This document shows positions 48,993 through 58,090 of a stretch of 64,000 bases of DNA, piece after piece. The position numbers and the translations under genes are program-made. Positions within the stretch are counted from its first letter, which is position 1. Each line of letters starts with the position of its first letter. The notes under the pieces are model-generated. The model saw only the letters and a list, made by a program, of their open reading frames with translations. It was not told the origin of the DNA and searched no databases. Origin of the DNA: Candidatus Micrarchaeota archaeon (lineage in GTDB: Archaea; Micrarchaeota; Micrarchaeia; Anstonellales; Bilamarchaeaceae); assembly GCA_016212505.1 (NCBI GenBank), contig JACRGB010000028.1:9537-73536 (forward strand). The letters are read 5' to 3'.

Positions 48993-50240
48993 CTAAGTGC
49001 CTTCCTTCCAGTCGGATAGGTATTTCTTTTGCTCGCCCGTTAATGAATCGATCTTTATTTGCATTGATTCGAGCTGCAATCTTGCAATTTCATTATCAAT
49101 ATTTTCTGGTAAGGTAATTACACTGGAACTTAACTTGCCCTTATTTTTTACAATATATTCACATGCCAAAGCTTGTCCTGCAAAAGAAGTCGCCATAACT
49201 TCGGAAGGATGGCCTTCGGCTGCGCCCAAATTAACAAGCCTACCCTCTGCGCATAAGTAAAGTTTTTTGCCTTCAAGATCATATTCGTCAAGGAATGGCC
49301 GAATTTTCTTTTTCTTTGAATGTTTCTCAAGATATGCGACATCTATTTCAATATCAAAATGACCCGCGTTTGCTAATATCGCGCCATTCTTCATCAACTT
49401 GAAGTGCTCTCCTGCAAGCACATGCTTATCACCAGTGACGCTAAGAAAAATATCCCCGATTTTTGCTGCGTCTTTCATTGGCATAACCAAATAACCATCA
49501 AGAACCGCCTGGAGGGCCCTAAATGGATCTACTTCGGTAACTACCACGCTCGCGCCCATTCCTTTGGCCCTTAGCGCGACACCTTTTCCGCAATCGCCAT
49601 AACCACAAACAACAAATGTTTTTCCTGCAATCAGGGTGTTTGTCGCCCTGAGTATGCCATCAATTGAAGATTGGCCAGTACCATAATAATTATCCAAAAG
49701 ATGTTTTGTTTTATTTTCGTTAACTGCAATTATCGGACATTTTAATTGTTTGTCAGCTTCCATTGCCTTAAGCCTTATGACTCCGGTAGTGGTTTCTTCG
49801 CAACCACCAAGCAGTTTTGTTAGAAGGTCAGTATGTTTGGTATGGATTAGCGTAACCAAATCGCAGCCATCATCAATTGTAATATCGGGTTTTCGCTCGA
49901 GCACCTGCTCCAAAAACTCATAATATTGTTCTTTTGTCTCTCCTTTTATTGCAAAAACAGCAATTCCTTCTTTTGCAAGAGCTGCCGCAACATCATCCTG
50001 GGTAGATAATGGATTGCAGCTTGCAACTGCAACTTTCGCCCCGCCTGCAGCCAGTGTGCGAACCAAAACTGCAGTTTCTTTAGTAACATGAAGCGCCAGT
50101 CCGATAGTAAGCCCCTTGAAAGGTTGTTCTTTCTTAAAGCGCTCCCCTATCGCCATCAATATAGGCATTTTTGCTTCTGCATAGTAAATATTCAGCATTC
50201 CTTGCTCTGACTGAGCCATATCTTTCACTGAGTAGTCCAT
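48993..50240 (-). CDS. ahcY: adenosylhomocysteinase
   Basis: 415-aa ORF with VVCGYGDCGKGVA NAD motif and the EVMATSFAGQ, GRLVNLGAAEGHP signature. Confidence 0.95.
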   Translation of the reverse strand: MDYSVKDMAQSEQGMLNIYYAEAKMPILMAIGERFKKEQPFKGLTIGLALHVTKETAVLVRTLAAGGAKVAVASCNPLSTQDDVAAALAKEGIAVFAIKGETKEQYYEFLEQVLERKPDITIDDGCDLVTLIHTKHTDLLTKLLGGCEETTTGVIRLKAMEADKQLKCPIIAVNENKTKHLLDNYYGTGQSSIDGILRATNTLIAGKTFVVCGYGDCGKGVALRAKGMGASVVVTEVDPFRALQAVLDGYLVMPMKDAAKIGDIFLSVTGDKHVLAGEHFKLMKNGAILANAGHFDIEIDVAYLEKHSKKKKIRPFLDEYDLEGKKLYLCAEGRLVNLGAAEGHPSEVMATSFAGQALACEYIVKNKGKLSSSVITLPENIDNEIARLQLESMQIKIDSLTGEQKKYLSDWKEGT

Positions 50241-50364
50241 AGAATAGGAATTGGAGGGATAGGTTAAAAGTAATTTCGAATTGGTTTTGCTAAATAAATA
50301 AAATTCCTATTGGAATATTTCTTTCAAAAATATATAAATATAGGAATAAACACAAAAAATAACT

Positions 50365-51351
50365 ATGACAGAAACTTTGCGATCAGGACACACGCTTTCA
50401 GCATCTTCAAAGGCCAGAGTAGTGGCAGTTTCTTTGGCAAACATATTGAGGTCAAGAACACCCCAGATATCTCTCATTACAGATTTTGGAAGAGGGGATG
50501 AATCAGTCTACGCAGTAAAATCAGCTGCCCTTGCGGTCAATCCAAAAGTTCAGATAGTAGATATTTGCCATGATGTTCCCTTAGGGAACATACTTGTTGG
50601 CGCTGCAAGATTAGCCAGAAACGTGGCACTTTCCACTGAAGATGGAAAATCAATAGTTTACGTTGCTGTTGTGGATCCGGGAGTTGGAACTGAAAGAAAA
50701 AATATCATAGTTAGGACTCAGAGGGGAAGATATCTGGTAGGACCAGACAATGGAGTACTGTCTCTTGCATTCATAGAGGGAATTGATAAGGTCGTGGAGA
50801 TTACAAACCGCAATTTGACTCTACTCGAACGTGCCGAATCGAATACTTTCCACGGGAAAGACATATTCGCACCAGTTGCAGCCCACATATTAAGAGGAGT
50901 TCCAATTGAAGAATTTGGATCGAAATTGGCTCCGCAGACGTTAGTGAAAATAAGATTAAGTTCACAAAGCAGTACTGTTTCCCGATCTGGTTTCATAGTC
51001 AATGTGGATGGGGTTGGGAGTATCAGAACCAATCTCCCCAACCACGTACCCCCCGAATTCATAGGCAAGGAACTGGGATTTAGGATTAGAGGAAAAGTAA
51101 GAACTTGCGGATCCCGCGGGCAAGAAGAAGAAAAAGGATTTAGCACAGAAGGACGGGCTCGTCTGGTTAGGACTTTTGGAGAAGTGGAATCTGGAGAACC
51201 GGTCCTTATTTTAGGCTCAACTGGGAACATAGACCTTGCAGTGAGAGACACCAGCGCGGCAAGAAGATTCGGTATTGATGCGGAAAGCCTCACATTAGAT
51301 GAAGGATTGCGTCCCGCACTGAAGATAGAGATTACGTTTCCATCTAATTAG
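50365..51351 (+). CDS. SAM hydroxide adenosyltransferase (DUF62, SAM hydrolase family)
   Basis: ISLITDFG, VVDPGVGTER, VGPDNG and FHGKDIFAP motifs. The ATG at 50365 gives a roughly 35-aa extension. An in-frame TTG at 50446 would give a canonical N-terminus. Confidence 0.85.
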   Translation: MTETLRSGHTLSASSKARVVAVSLANILRSRTPQISLITDFGRGDESVYAVKSAALAVNPKVQIVDICHDVPLGNILVGAARLARNVALSTEDGKSIVYVAVVDPGVGTERKNIIVRTQRGRYLVGPDNGVLSLAFIEGIDKVVEITNRNLTLLERAESNTFHGKDIFAPVAAHILRGVPIEEFGSKLAPQTLVKIRLSSQSSTVSRSGFIVNVDGVGSIRTNLPNHVPPEFIGKELGFRIRGKVRTCGSRGQEEEKGFSTEGRARLVRTFGEVESGEPVLILGSTGNIDLAVRDTSAARRFGIDAESLTLDEGLRPALKIEITFPSN

Positions 51352-51392
51352 CAAACTTAATAATTTCTTTTGATTAATCGTTAATCGATATT

Positions 51393-52301
51393 ATGCCCTC
51401 TATTACTTGTTCAGGCTCAATCGCATTGGATACTACCAGAACCCCATTCAAAACCGCAGAGATGGTTCTTGGGGGTGCTGCAAGCTATTTTTCACTATCA
51501 TCTTCATTTTTTGCACCAACCAGCATAGTGAGTGTTGTTGGCGGAGATTTTCCTGATAAATATTGGCAGATTTTAGCAAAGAAAGCAAATATTGAAAGTG
51601 TACAACGCAAAGAAGAAGGGAAAACATTTCATTTTGATTCCACGTTTTCATTTGATCTTTATCATCGCCAGGCCAATAAGACCGAGCTCAATGTTTTGGG
51701 CGAATTCGAGCCAAAACTTGGTAGCGAAGCGGCCAAAAGCGAATTTCTTTATCTTGCCACAATGCCTCCCCAGAAACAGATGGAAGTCATGGTCCAGGCC
51801 AAAAACAAGAAACTGGTCTTTATGGATACCATCGAATTTTACATAAAAACCGAACTCCCGAAAGTCCAGCAGGTAATAACTATGGTTGATGGGGTCGTAC
51901 TCAATGATGCTGAAGCACGGATGCTCACTAATGAATCGAATTTGGTTAAATGCGGTAAGAAAATAGAGGCACTCGGGCCAAAGATCGTGATTATAAAAAA
52001 AGGCGAGCACGGAAGCTTGTTGTTTTTCAAGGGAAAAGTTATCCCGTTTCCTGCATTTCCTTTGGAAGTTGTTGTTGACCCGACAGGTGCAGGCGATGCA
52101 TTTGCTGGTGGTTTAGTGGGTTCATTAGCAAAACAAAATGCAACTAATCCAAGTTTAGAGCAACTAAAAGTTGCGATGGGTTATGCCAATGTCTGCGGAT
52201 CCTTAGCGGTGGAAGATTTTTCAGTGGATAAATTGGTCAGCACAAACAATGCGGAAATAGAAAAAAGGTTTAGGGATTATTGCGAATTGCTCAGAATTTA
52301 G
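51393..52301 (+). CDS. PfkB-family ribokinase-like kinase (possible adenosine/nucleoside kinase)
   Basis: 302-aa ORF with the DPTGAGDAFAGG PfkB signature 2 and an N-terminal GG dipeptide region. Confidence 0.8.
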   Translation: MPSITCSGSIALDTTRTPFKTAEMVLGGAASYFSLSSSFFAPTSIVSVVGGDFPDKYWQILAKKANIESVQRKEEGKTFHFDSTFSFDLYHRQANKTELNVLGEFEPKLGSEAAKSEFLYLATMPPQKQMEVMVQAKNKKLVFMDTIEFYIKTELPKVQQVITMVDGVVLNDAEARMLTNESNLVKCGKKIEALGPKIVIIKKGEHGSLLFFKGKVIPFPAFPLEVVVDPTGAGDAFAGGLVGSLAKQNATNPSLEQLKVAMGYANVCGSLAVEDFSVDKLVSTNNAEIEKRFRDYCELLRI

Positions 52302-52315
52302 TTATATAGAAAATG

Positions 52316-53818
52316 TCAGCTAGCAGGGTGACGGATATATTGTTCGCATAGTTCTATGCATTCCCGAACATGACTTCGTACTTCTTCCAGTTTGTGCTCC
52401 ATACGCATAATGGCAAGCGCGACAGCTTGCTGAAATGAAGCAGGGCCAATCTCATCAAGTTTCAGAAGACAACCTTGCAAAACATCTTTAGCAGAGGAAA
52501 TGTCGCCTCCGGATTTTGCAAACTCGAGAATAGCCTTTACTGATCTTGCTATATTGAATAGGTCTTCACTGCTTTGGATAGTAGCTATCACCAAAGGAAG
52601 AGCTACCATGCGGACGTGCTTATCTTCACTGAATAATAATGAATGCGCAGCTGCTATTCGAATACCTTCATACCTGCTGGATAAGCATCTGAGCAAAATT
52701 GGCGTGCAAATGGCCTTATCCTCTATAGTTCCTGCTTCCACCAAAAGCATGGCCATAGAAGTTGGAACAGCTTCATCTAAAGAATATGCTAAACCCTTGC
52801 GCAGTATCGGCAATTGAGAAGATATGTTTTCATTGTTGGAAAGTGCAGCGTCCAGTGCACCTAGTGCGTGTCTTATTGCATTAACATTGAAATAAACATT
52901 TTTGCGATTTGTATCAGCTAGCGCCTTATCTATCGCTCCTCCCAGTGCTTCAAATGAAGATGAAATTGAAATTCCTGCTCGGGCAGTGTGTTCAAGGGTT
53001 AACGCGATGCAGCTAACAGTCCAGCTATAATCATCATATAACGCATTAGTCAAACTCTCTAAATGAGAAGCAGAAACACCATCTTCGATTTGCGAAAGGC
53101 CTGTCGCAGCAGCGGACCGTGTTTCAGACTTTTCATGAGAAAGATATTTGACTAATTCTTTTATTCCTTGTTCATTAAAGAATTGATTTGAGCAGGCATC
53201 TCTTCCAAGTGCTATAGACGCTGCACTCCTCACAACATGGCCCATATCAAACCTAGGATCATCATAAATTAATACAGCTCCGAGTTCTTCGATTGCCTGA
53301 ACATAAAGCGGATCAGCTTTCTTTGCAAATTTTAATATGAAACCAAGGGATCTTGCTGCATAAACCTTGGTAAATTCTCCGTCATCGGAATCAAAGGCTG
53401 ATCTTAAAAGACGGACAAGCGGCAGAACTGCTTCTTTTAGGTCATGACCTGCTTCGGCAAGCTCAGCCAACGAATCAATGGCGTTTTCTCTAACACTTTG
53501 GATGTGTTCATTAGACAAAGCAGGATGTGCACGAATTGTTTCTTCATTCCAGGATAATGAATTGATAATTAACTGGAGGTTTTCTGGTTTTGAATCTAAT
53601 AGAGGAATAACGCGATAGCCAGTTGAAAGGTAAAACTCACGGATGCCCCTGTGCCTATGCAACATTCCTTCTCCTGATGGAGGAACAGAACCAAAACCAT
53701 GGCCTCCACCAGTCGCAGGATCACTCTTGCCACCTTTGTCTATTTTACCCATTGTAAGCATTAAAATCAGTAATAAGGTACTCATTTGAAGCTTATAAAT
53801 CTTTCCATTTATGGCCAC
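52316..53818 (-). CDS. HEAT/ARM-repeat protein, function unknown
   Basis: About 500-aa helical-repeat ORF with recurring A-x-x-L/ALG hairpin repeats and a hydrophobic N-terminus. Lies 24 nt downstream of metK on the same strand. Confidence 0.5.
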   Translation of the reverse strand: MAINGKIYKLQMSTLLLILMLTMGKIDKGGKSDPATGGGHGFGSVPPSGEGMLHRHRGIREFYLSTGYRVIPLLDSKPENLQLIINSLSWNEETIRAHPALSNEHIQSVRENAIDSLAELAEAGHDLKEAVLPLVRLLRSAFDSDDGEFTKVYAARSLGFILKFAKKADPLYVQAIEELGAVLIYDDPRFDMGHVVRSAASIALGRDACSNQFFNEQGIKELVKYLSHEKSETRSAAATGLSQIEDGVSASHLESLTNALYDDYSWTVSCIALTLEHTARAGISISSSFEALGGAIDKALADTNRKNVYFNVNAIRHALGALDAALSNNENISSQLPILRKGLAYSLDEAVPTSMAMLLVEAGTIEDKAICTPILLRCLSSRYEGIRIAAAHSLLFSEDKHVRMVALPLVIATIQSSEDLFNIARSVKAILEFAKSGGDISSAKDVLQGCLLKLDEIGPASFQQAVALAIMRMEHKLEEVRSHVRECIELCEQYIRHPAS

Positions 53819-53842
53819 AATATGGTTTTGAATGAAAAAGCT

Positions 53843-55034
53843 TCAAAGTCCTGCTTCCTTTCGAAGTTTGTCAGCCATATCTGTCTTTTCCCAGGTAAAA
53901 TCAGGGTCTTCCCTTCCGAAATGGCCATAAGCTGCGGTTTTACGGTAGATTGGCCGCAATAGGTCAAGTTTCTTTATCATATCTGCGGGTTTGAACGAGA
54001 AGTTTTCTGCAATGAGTTTTTCAATTTTTTCTGTTGGGATTTTCTCGGTTCCACGCGTATCGACAAAAACAGAAAGCGGCTTTGCAACACCAATTACAAA
54101 GGAAATCTGAACTTCGCATTCATCAGCAATTCCTGCTGCAACAATGTTTTTGGCAACATATCTTGCCATATAAGCTCCCGAACGATCAACTTTCGACGGG
54201 TCCTTGCCAGAAAATGCTCCGCCTCCATGATGGCCTCGCCCTCCATAAGTATCAATAATTATTTTTCGTCCTGTAACGCCAGTATCAGCTGCAGGCCCAC
54301 CCAAAACAAATTTGCCAGTTCCGTTTATGTGGACTATTGTTTTGCCATCGAACCATTGCCCGCAAACAGGCTTAATGACATGTTCGAGAATGTCGGATTT
54401 GATTTTTTCGTTAGGGACATCAGGATCGTGCTGCGCTGCAATAACAACAGTATGCACACGCACCGGTTTATGATCCACATACTCGATCGTCACCTGGGTT
54501 TTGCCATCCGGCCTTAAGTATGCAATGGTGCTGTTTTTCCGGACTTCCGCAAGCCTTTGGGCTAATTTATGCGCAAGCATTATTGGAAGGGGCATAAGTT
54601 CTGGAGTTTCGCGGCACGCATAACCAAACATAATTCCCTGATCACCTGCGCCCTGCTCGTGCTCAGCGCTGGTGTTCACCCCTTGCGCGATGTCCGGCGA
54701 CTGCTCAGTAATAGAAGCTATAACCCCTGATCCACGATAATCAAATAAGTATTCTGGCTTGTTATAACCGATCTCTTTTATGACGTTGCGGATAACTTTC
54801 TGGAATTCCACATAGCCTTTGGTAGTTATTTCACCCATAACCGCAACTAAGCCAACAGTGACTGCAGTTTCAACTGCAACACGGGAATGCTTATCCTGCT
54901 TGAGCAACTCATCAAGAATTGCATCAGAAATCTGATCGCACACTATGGATACCAAAAGATAGTTATCTTATGGTTTTATCCGGGTGCCCTTCAGTAACTG
55001 ATTCGGAACTAAAGAGGTAGTTTTTAGACGACAT
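53843..55034 (-). CDS. metK: S-adenosylmethionine synthetase, bacterial/eukaryal MetK type, interrupted by a 31-nt insert
   Basis: Segment 1 (55034-54976) encodes [20 protein letters not shown]. Segment 2 (54944-53843) encodes [11 protein letters not shown]...GAGDQG...[19 protein letters not shown] and the full MetK. Removing 54945-54975 restores a 386-aa ORF. Confidence 0.85.
54945..54975 (-). other. 31-nt intervening sequence with bulge-helix-bulge-like fold (candidate archaeal mRNA intron)
   Basis: Contains an in-frame TAA. Two 3-nt bulges (AAA, AUA) are separated by the 4-bp helix GGAU/AUCC. The inner stem is 10 bp with an AACU loop. Symmetric cuts after bulge nucleotide 2 excise exactly 31 nt. 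Confidence 0.5.
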
Positions 55035-55146
55035 AATAATCAGGATAGGATCTGCGGCATAAAATATAAACATTGGTGAAAAAAATATTCCGATTAGAAT
55101 AAAAAAGGCATATAAACACACCCAGACAAAAGGCAAATAGAAAAAC

Positions 55147-56511
55147 ATGTTAGGCTGGCGAATCCTTAAAGAGGGGGACTATACTGTCGATCTTCCACAG
55201 ATAAGTAGCGACGAGGAAGAACTAATTGAAAGGGCTCAGGAATCATTTAAGGAGGCAGCGCGATTTAGGAGCGTCAATAGCCGGGATGAAAGTGCCAGCC
55301 TCATACGTGAAATCGTAATAAAAATTTCGGAAAAGGAGCAGGTCGCACTTGACCATGACCAGCTAGAATATCTAAGCAAGGTAGCACTTTTGCATATTTA
55401 CGGGTTTGCTTTTATCGACAAGCTCCTTGAAGATGAGGAAATCGAGGAAATCAGCATCATCGGCCCCCAACGGCCAGCCTATGTTTATCTGAGGAACAAG
55501 GGATGGAAAAAGGTCAACGCCGCTTTTGTTGATGAAAAATGCATAGCAGATGTAATAAATAAAATGGCCCGAAACCTAGGAAGGCATATAACAGTGCAGA
55601 ACCCGCGGCTCGATGCCATGCTTCCTAATGGATCACGGCTCCATGCCTCGCTCCCTCCGATATCGGTAGGCGAAATTACCATAAGAAAATTTCGGAGCAA
55701 CCCTTTTTCGCCAGCTGAGCTTGCCCAAAGCGGCATAGTAAGCAGCGATGCCTTGGCAATGCTCTCGCTTCTTATGCAGTCAGACAGCTCGGTAATAATT
55801 GGGGGGAATACTGCAAGCGGGAAGACGACCACCCTCAATGCCCTGTTTTCTTTCATACCATATAATGAACGAATCCTGATCAGCGAAGAAACCCCGGAAA
55901 TCAACATACCACACGACCATCAGCTTCGTTTAGTTGCAAATAAGGACCTTGGTATCAGCCTCAAGGATCTGGTTTATGATTCATTACGGATGAGGCCGGA
56001 CCGGATGATTGTCGGCGAAGTCCGCAATAAGCAGGAAGTGGAAGCGCTCTTTGATGTCTTGATGGCAGGACAGGCAAGAGGATCCTATGCAACGTTCCAC
56101 GCACAAAGCGTGAACGAGGCATTAGGAAGAATCGAAAGCTTTGGAATAAGCAAAAGCGACCGCGCGAGCATGGACTGCATTGTAATACAAAGAAGGATGC
56201 TGGTTTATGAGCCTGCAAAGAAGAAAAATATTGAAGTGCGAAGAATAATCGAAATTGCGGAAATTAGCGAGAACGGAACGCCAAAAATAATCTATAAGGA
56301 TGGCACGCTGGCAAAAAACGCTTTTGTGGAAAAACTTTCGCAAAAGCTTGGGATAAAGGAAAAGCAACTGCAGCAGGAAATGCAGAAACGTAAGAAGACC
56401 ATTCTTTCTGGTAATTTTGGCAAATCAGCGGCATTAGCTGGAAAGGGCGACTACGATAGTTTCTACAGGATGGTCCAGAAAGAATTTTACGGTGCAGATT
56501 TTAATGATTGA
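55147..56511 (+). CDS. type II/IV secretion-family ATPase (archaeal FlaI/ArlI / pilus assembly ATPase-like)
   Basis: 454-aa ORF with Walker A GGNTASGKTTTLNAL, Walker B/Asp box RPDRMIVGEVR and the His box ATFHA. Confidence 0.85.
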   Translation: MLGWRILKEGDYTVDLPQISSDEEELIERAQESFKEAARFRSVNSRDESASLIREIVIKISEKEQVALDHDQLEYLSKVALLHIYGFAFIDKLLEDEEIEEISIIGPQRPAYVYLRNKGWKKVNAAFVDEKCIADVINKMARNLGRHITVQNPRLDAMLPNGSRLHASLPPISVGEITIRKFRSNPFSPAELAQSGIVSSDALAMLSLLMQSDSSVIIGGNTASGKTTTLNALFSFIPYNERILISEETPEINIPHDHQLRLVANKDLGISLKDLVYDSLRMRPDRMIVGEVRNKQEVEALFDVLMAGQARGSYATFHAQSVNEALGRIESFGISKSDRASMDCIVIQRRMLVYEPAKKKNIEVRRIIEIAEISENGTPKIIYKDGTLAKNAFVEKLSQKLGIKEKQLQQEMQKRKKTILSGNFGKSAALAGKGDYDSFYRMVQKEFYGADFND

Positions 56512-58090
56512 AAAACTGGAAAAAATCATTGGTATGTTTCCGGAAACGAGCATGAAGTTTGGCTCGGCTAATTCTATCAAAAATCTTGGCCTTGAAATAA
56601 ATCCTGGCAAGTACCTATCATTCTCGATAATGGTTTCGATAGTCATAGCAGCGATTTTCCTCCTTGCACTTATTGTAATGGAAAATTATTCGCTCCTGAT
56701 GGGCGTGCCGGTAGCCTTCCTACTCATGTTCGCATTCTTTCTCTATCTTCCAAAAATCGAATACAAAAAAGTCGAGCAGGAAATCGAGATCGATCTCCCC
56801 TTTTTCCTTAGGACAACAGGAATCTTCATGGAGATGGGTATAAGCTTTGAAAGAGCACTTGAAATAGCAGCCTATGGAAATAGTGCGCTTTCAAAAACAA
56901 TAACCCGGCTTCTCGGGCAGGTGAAAATGGGAGTGGGTGTCCATACGGCGTTTTCCTCATTTTCATCTTCATTTAACTCATTAATCATAAAACGCGCGGT
57001 CGCCCAACTGCTTCTTGTCTATGAAACCGGCGGAAGCGGGCAGCAGATAAAGAAACTTGCCGATGATATGCTTGCAGCACAGCAGCATAGGCTAAAGGAC
57101 TACTCTGCAAAAAGCTCGATGTTCGGGCTGATATTCATAATGTCGAGTGCCATAATCCCGACCTTTTTCCTAATCTACATAACAATAGGCAAGGGGGTTT
57201 TTGGCAGCAATATAACAAAGGTCGAAGTTGCAATAGCGTTCCTTTTGGTTTTCCCGCTCATCAGTTTCTTCATAACCCTCCTGGCAAGGTCATTTATGCC
57301 ATCCAACCCTTTTACAAATCAGAAAAAATCAAATCCGATAATTTTCATATTGATTTTGGTCCTGGTAATGGGAGCGCTCTTATTGCCGGAATACCAGTTG
57401 ATCATCACCGCCATAGGTATCGCCATTGCGATGCTACTGGCCTACCGCAGTTACATCGCGGAAAAACGGACCGAAGAAATCGAGGATGCCCTTCCGGATG
57501 GTGTTTTTGCAATTGCCGGGATGCCAAAGGCGACCAGGTTAGACAAAATATTTGACATAATGGAAAAATCAGGCCATGGCGCGCTTTCAAAAGAAGCTGA
57601 AAAGTCCAAAAAGCAGATAGTGATGAATGTCAACCCGGAGGAAGTGCTTGATGACCTTTGGGCCAGGAACCACTCGCAGATGCTTAAGCGCTTTTCAATA
57701 ATGATGAAGCAGATGATAAAGACCAATTCGCTCGATAAGATGAATTTTGTTGCCGAGGATATGGTACAGGCCACAGGGGTAAAGCGCGAGCGGCAGAACA
57801 TAATGGCGATGCAGAAGTATACGCTCATCGTCGGTGCTGCGATAATACCTGGTATCCTCAAGATCGCACTAAGTTTGCTGCAGAACCTATCTGGACTCAT
57901 GGGGCAGGGGCCAGCGGCAGGCGAATCGATAGCATTTTCATTTACCCTAATACCAGCCTACCTAGTCATCTATTCGGCAATATCCTCAGTCTCAATAGCA
58001 GATGGGAGCGGGAAAAAATCCGATGAGTTTGTCTATTTTGCCATAATGAGCGTGCTGGGACTGGTTGTTTTTAATTTAGTTTCTTTTTGA
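56492..58090 (+). CDS. FlaJ/TadC-like (T2SS-F family) polytopic platform protein
   Basis: 532-aa ORF with two repeated cytoplasmic helical domains, each followed by TM helices. Overlaps the ATPase gene by 20 nt. Confidence 0.7.
   Translation: MQILMIEKLEKIIGMFPETSMKFGSANSIKNLGLEINPGKYLSFSIMVSIVIAAIFLLALIVMENYSLLMGVPVAFLLMFAFFLYLPKIEYKKVEQEIEIDLPFFLRTTGIFMEMGISFERALEIAAYGNSALSKTITRLLGQVKMGVGVHTAFSSFSSSFNSLIIKRAVAQLLLVYETGGSGQQIKKLADDMLAAQQHRLKDYSAKSSMFGLIFIMSSAIIPTFFLIYITIGKGVFGSNITKVEVAIAFLLVFPLISFFITLLARSFMPSNPFTNQKKSNPIIFILILVLVMGALLLPEYQLIITAIGIAIAMLLAYRSYIAEKRTEEIEDALPDGVFAIAGMPKATRLDKIFDIMEKSGHGALSKEAEKSKKQIVMNVNPEEVLDDLWARNHSQMLKRFSIMMKQMIKTNSLDKMNFVAEDMVQATGVKRERQNIMAMQKYTLIVGAAIIPGILKIALSLLQNLSGLMGQGPAAGESIAFSFTLIPAYLVIYSAISSVSIADGSGKKSDEFVYFAIMSVLGLVVFNLVSF

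Noticed and set aside
50718-51293. Long antisense ORFs, including this 191-aa ORF opposite the DUF62 gene. Others are 20622..21125, 55485..55907, 57451..57900, 4389..4820 and 38064..38435.
   Set aside because: Each lies entirely inside a confidently identified gene on the other strand. They have low-complexity or Ser/Pro/Arg-rich translations and no motifs, so they are shadow ORFs.
54944-54976. Translational bypass, or a simple +1 frameshift, as the explanation for the metK interruption. The pentamer CCATA occurs on both sides (ACC ATA ... TCC ATA), and a hairpin and stop codon follow the first copy, reminiscent of take-off and landing sites.
   Set aside because: Hopping from AUA to AUA (25 nt) would give GHPDK-TI-VCDQ, a two-residue insertion in an invariant active-site motif. 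Excision of 31 nt gives the canonical spacing and matches the BHB cut sites exactly. Bypass cannot be excluded without RNA or protein data, so it is kept as an alternative, not a call.
54963-55148. 61-aa ORF listed in the track as a possible separate small membrane protein.
   Set aside because: Its last 20 codons are the genuine MetK N-terminus ([20 protein letters not shown]). The hydrophobic upstream part is read-through of the AT-rich promoter region. It is treated as the first coding segment of metK, starting at ATG 55034.
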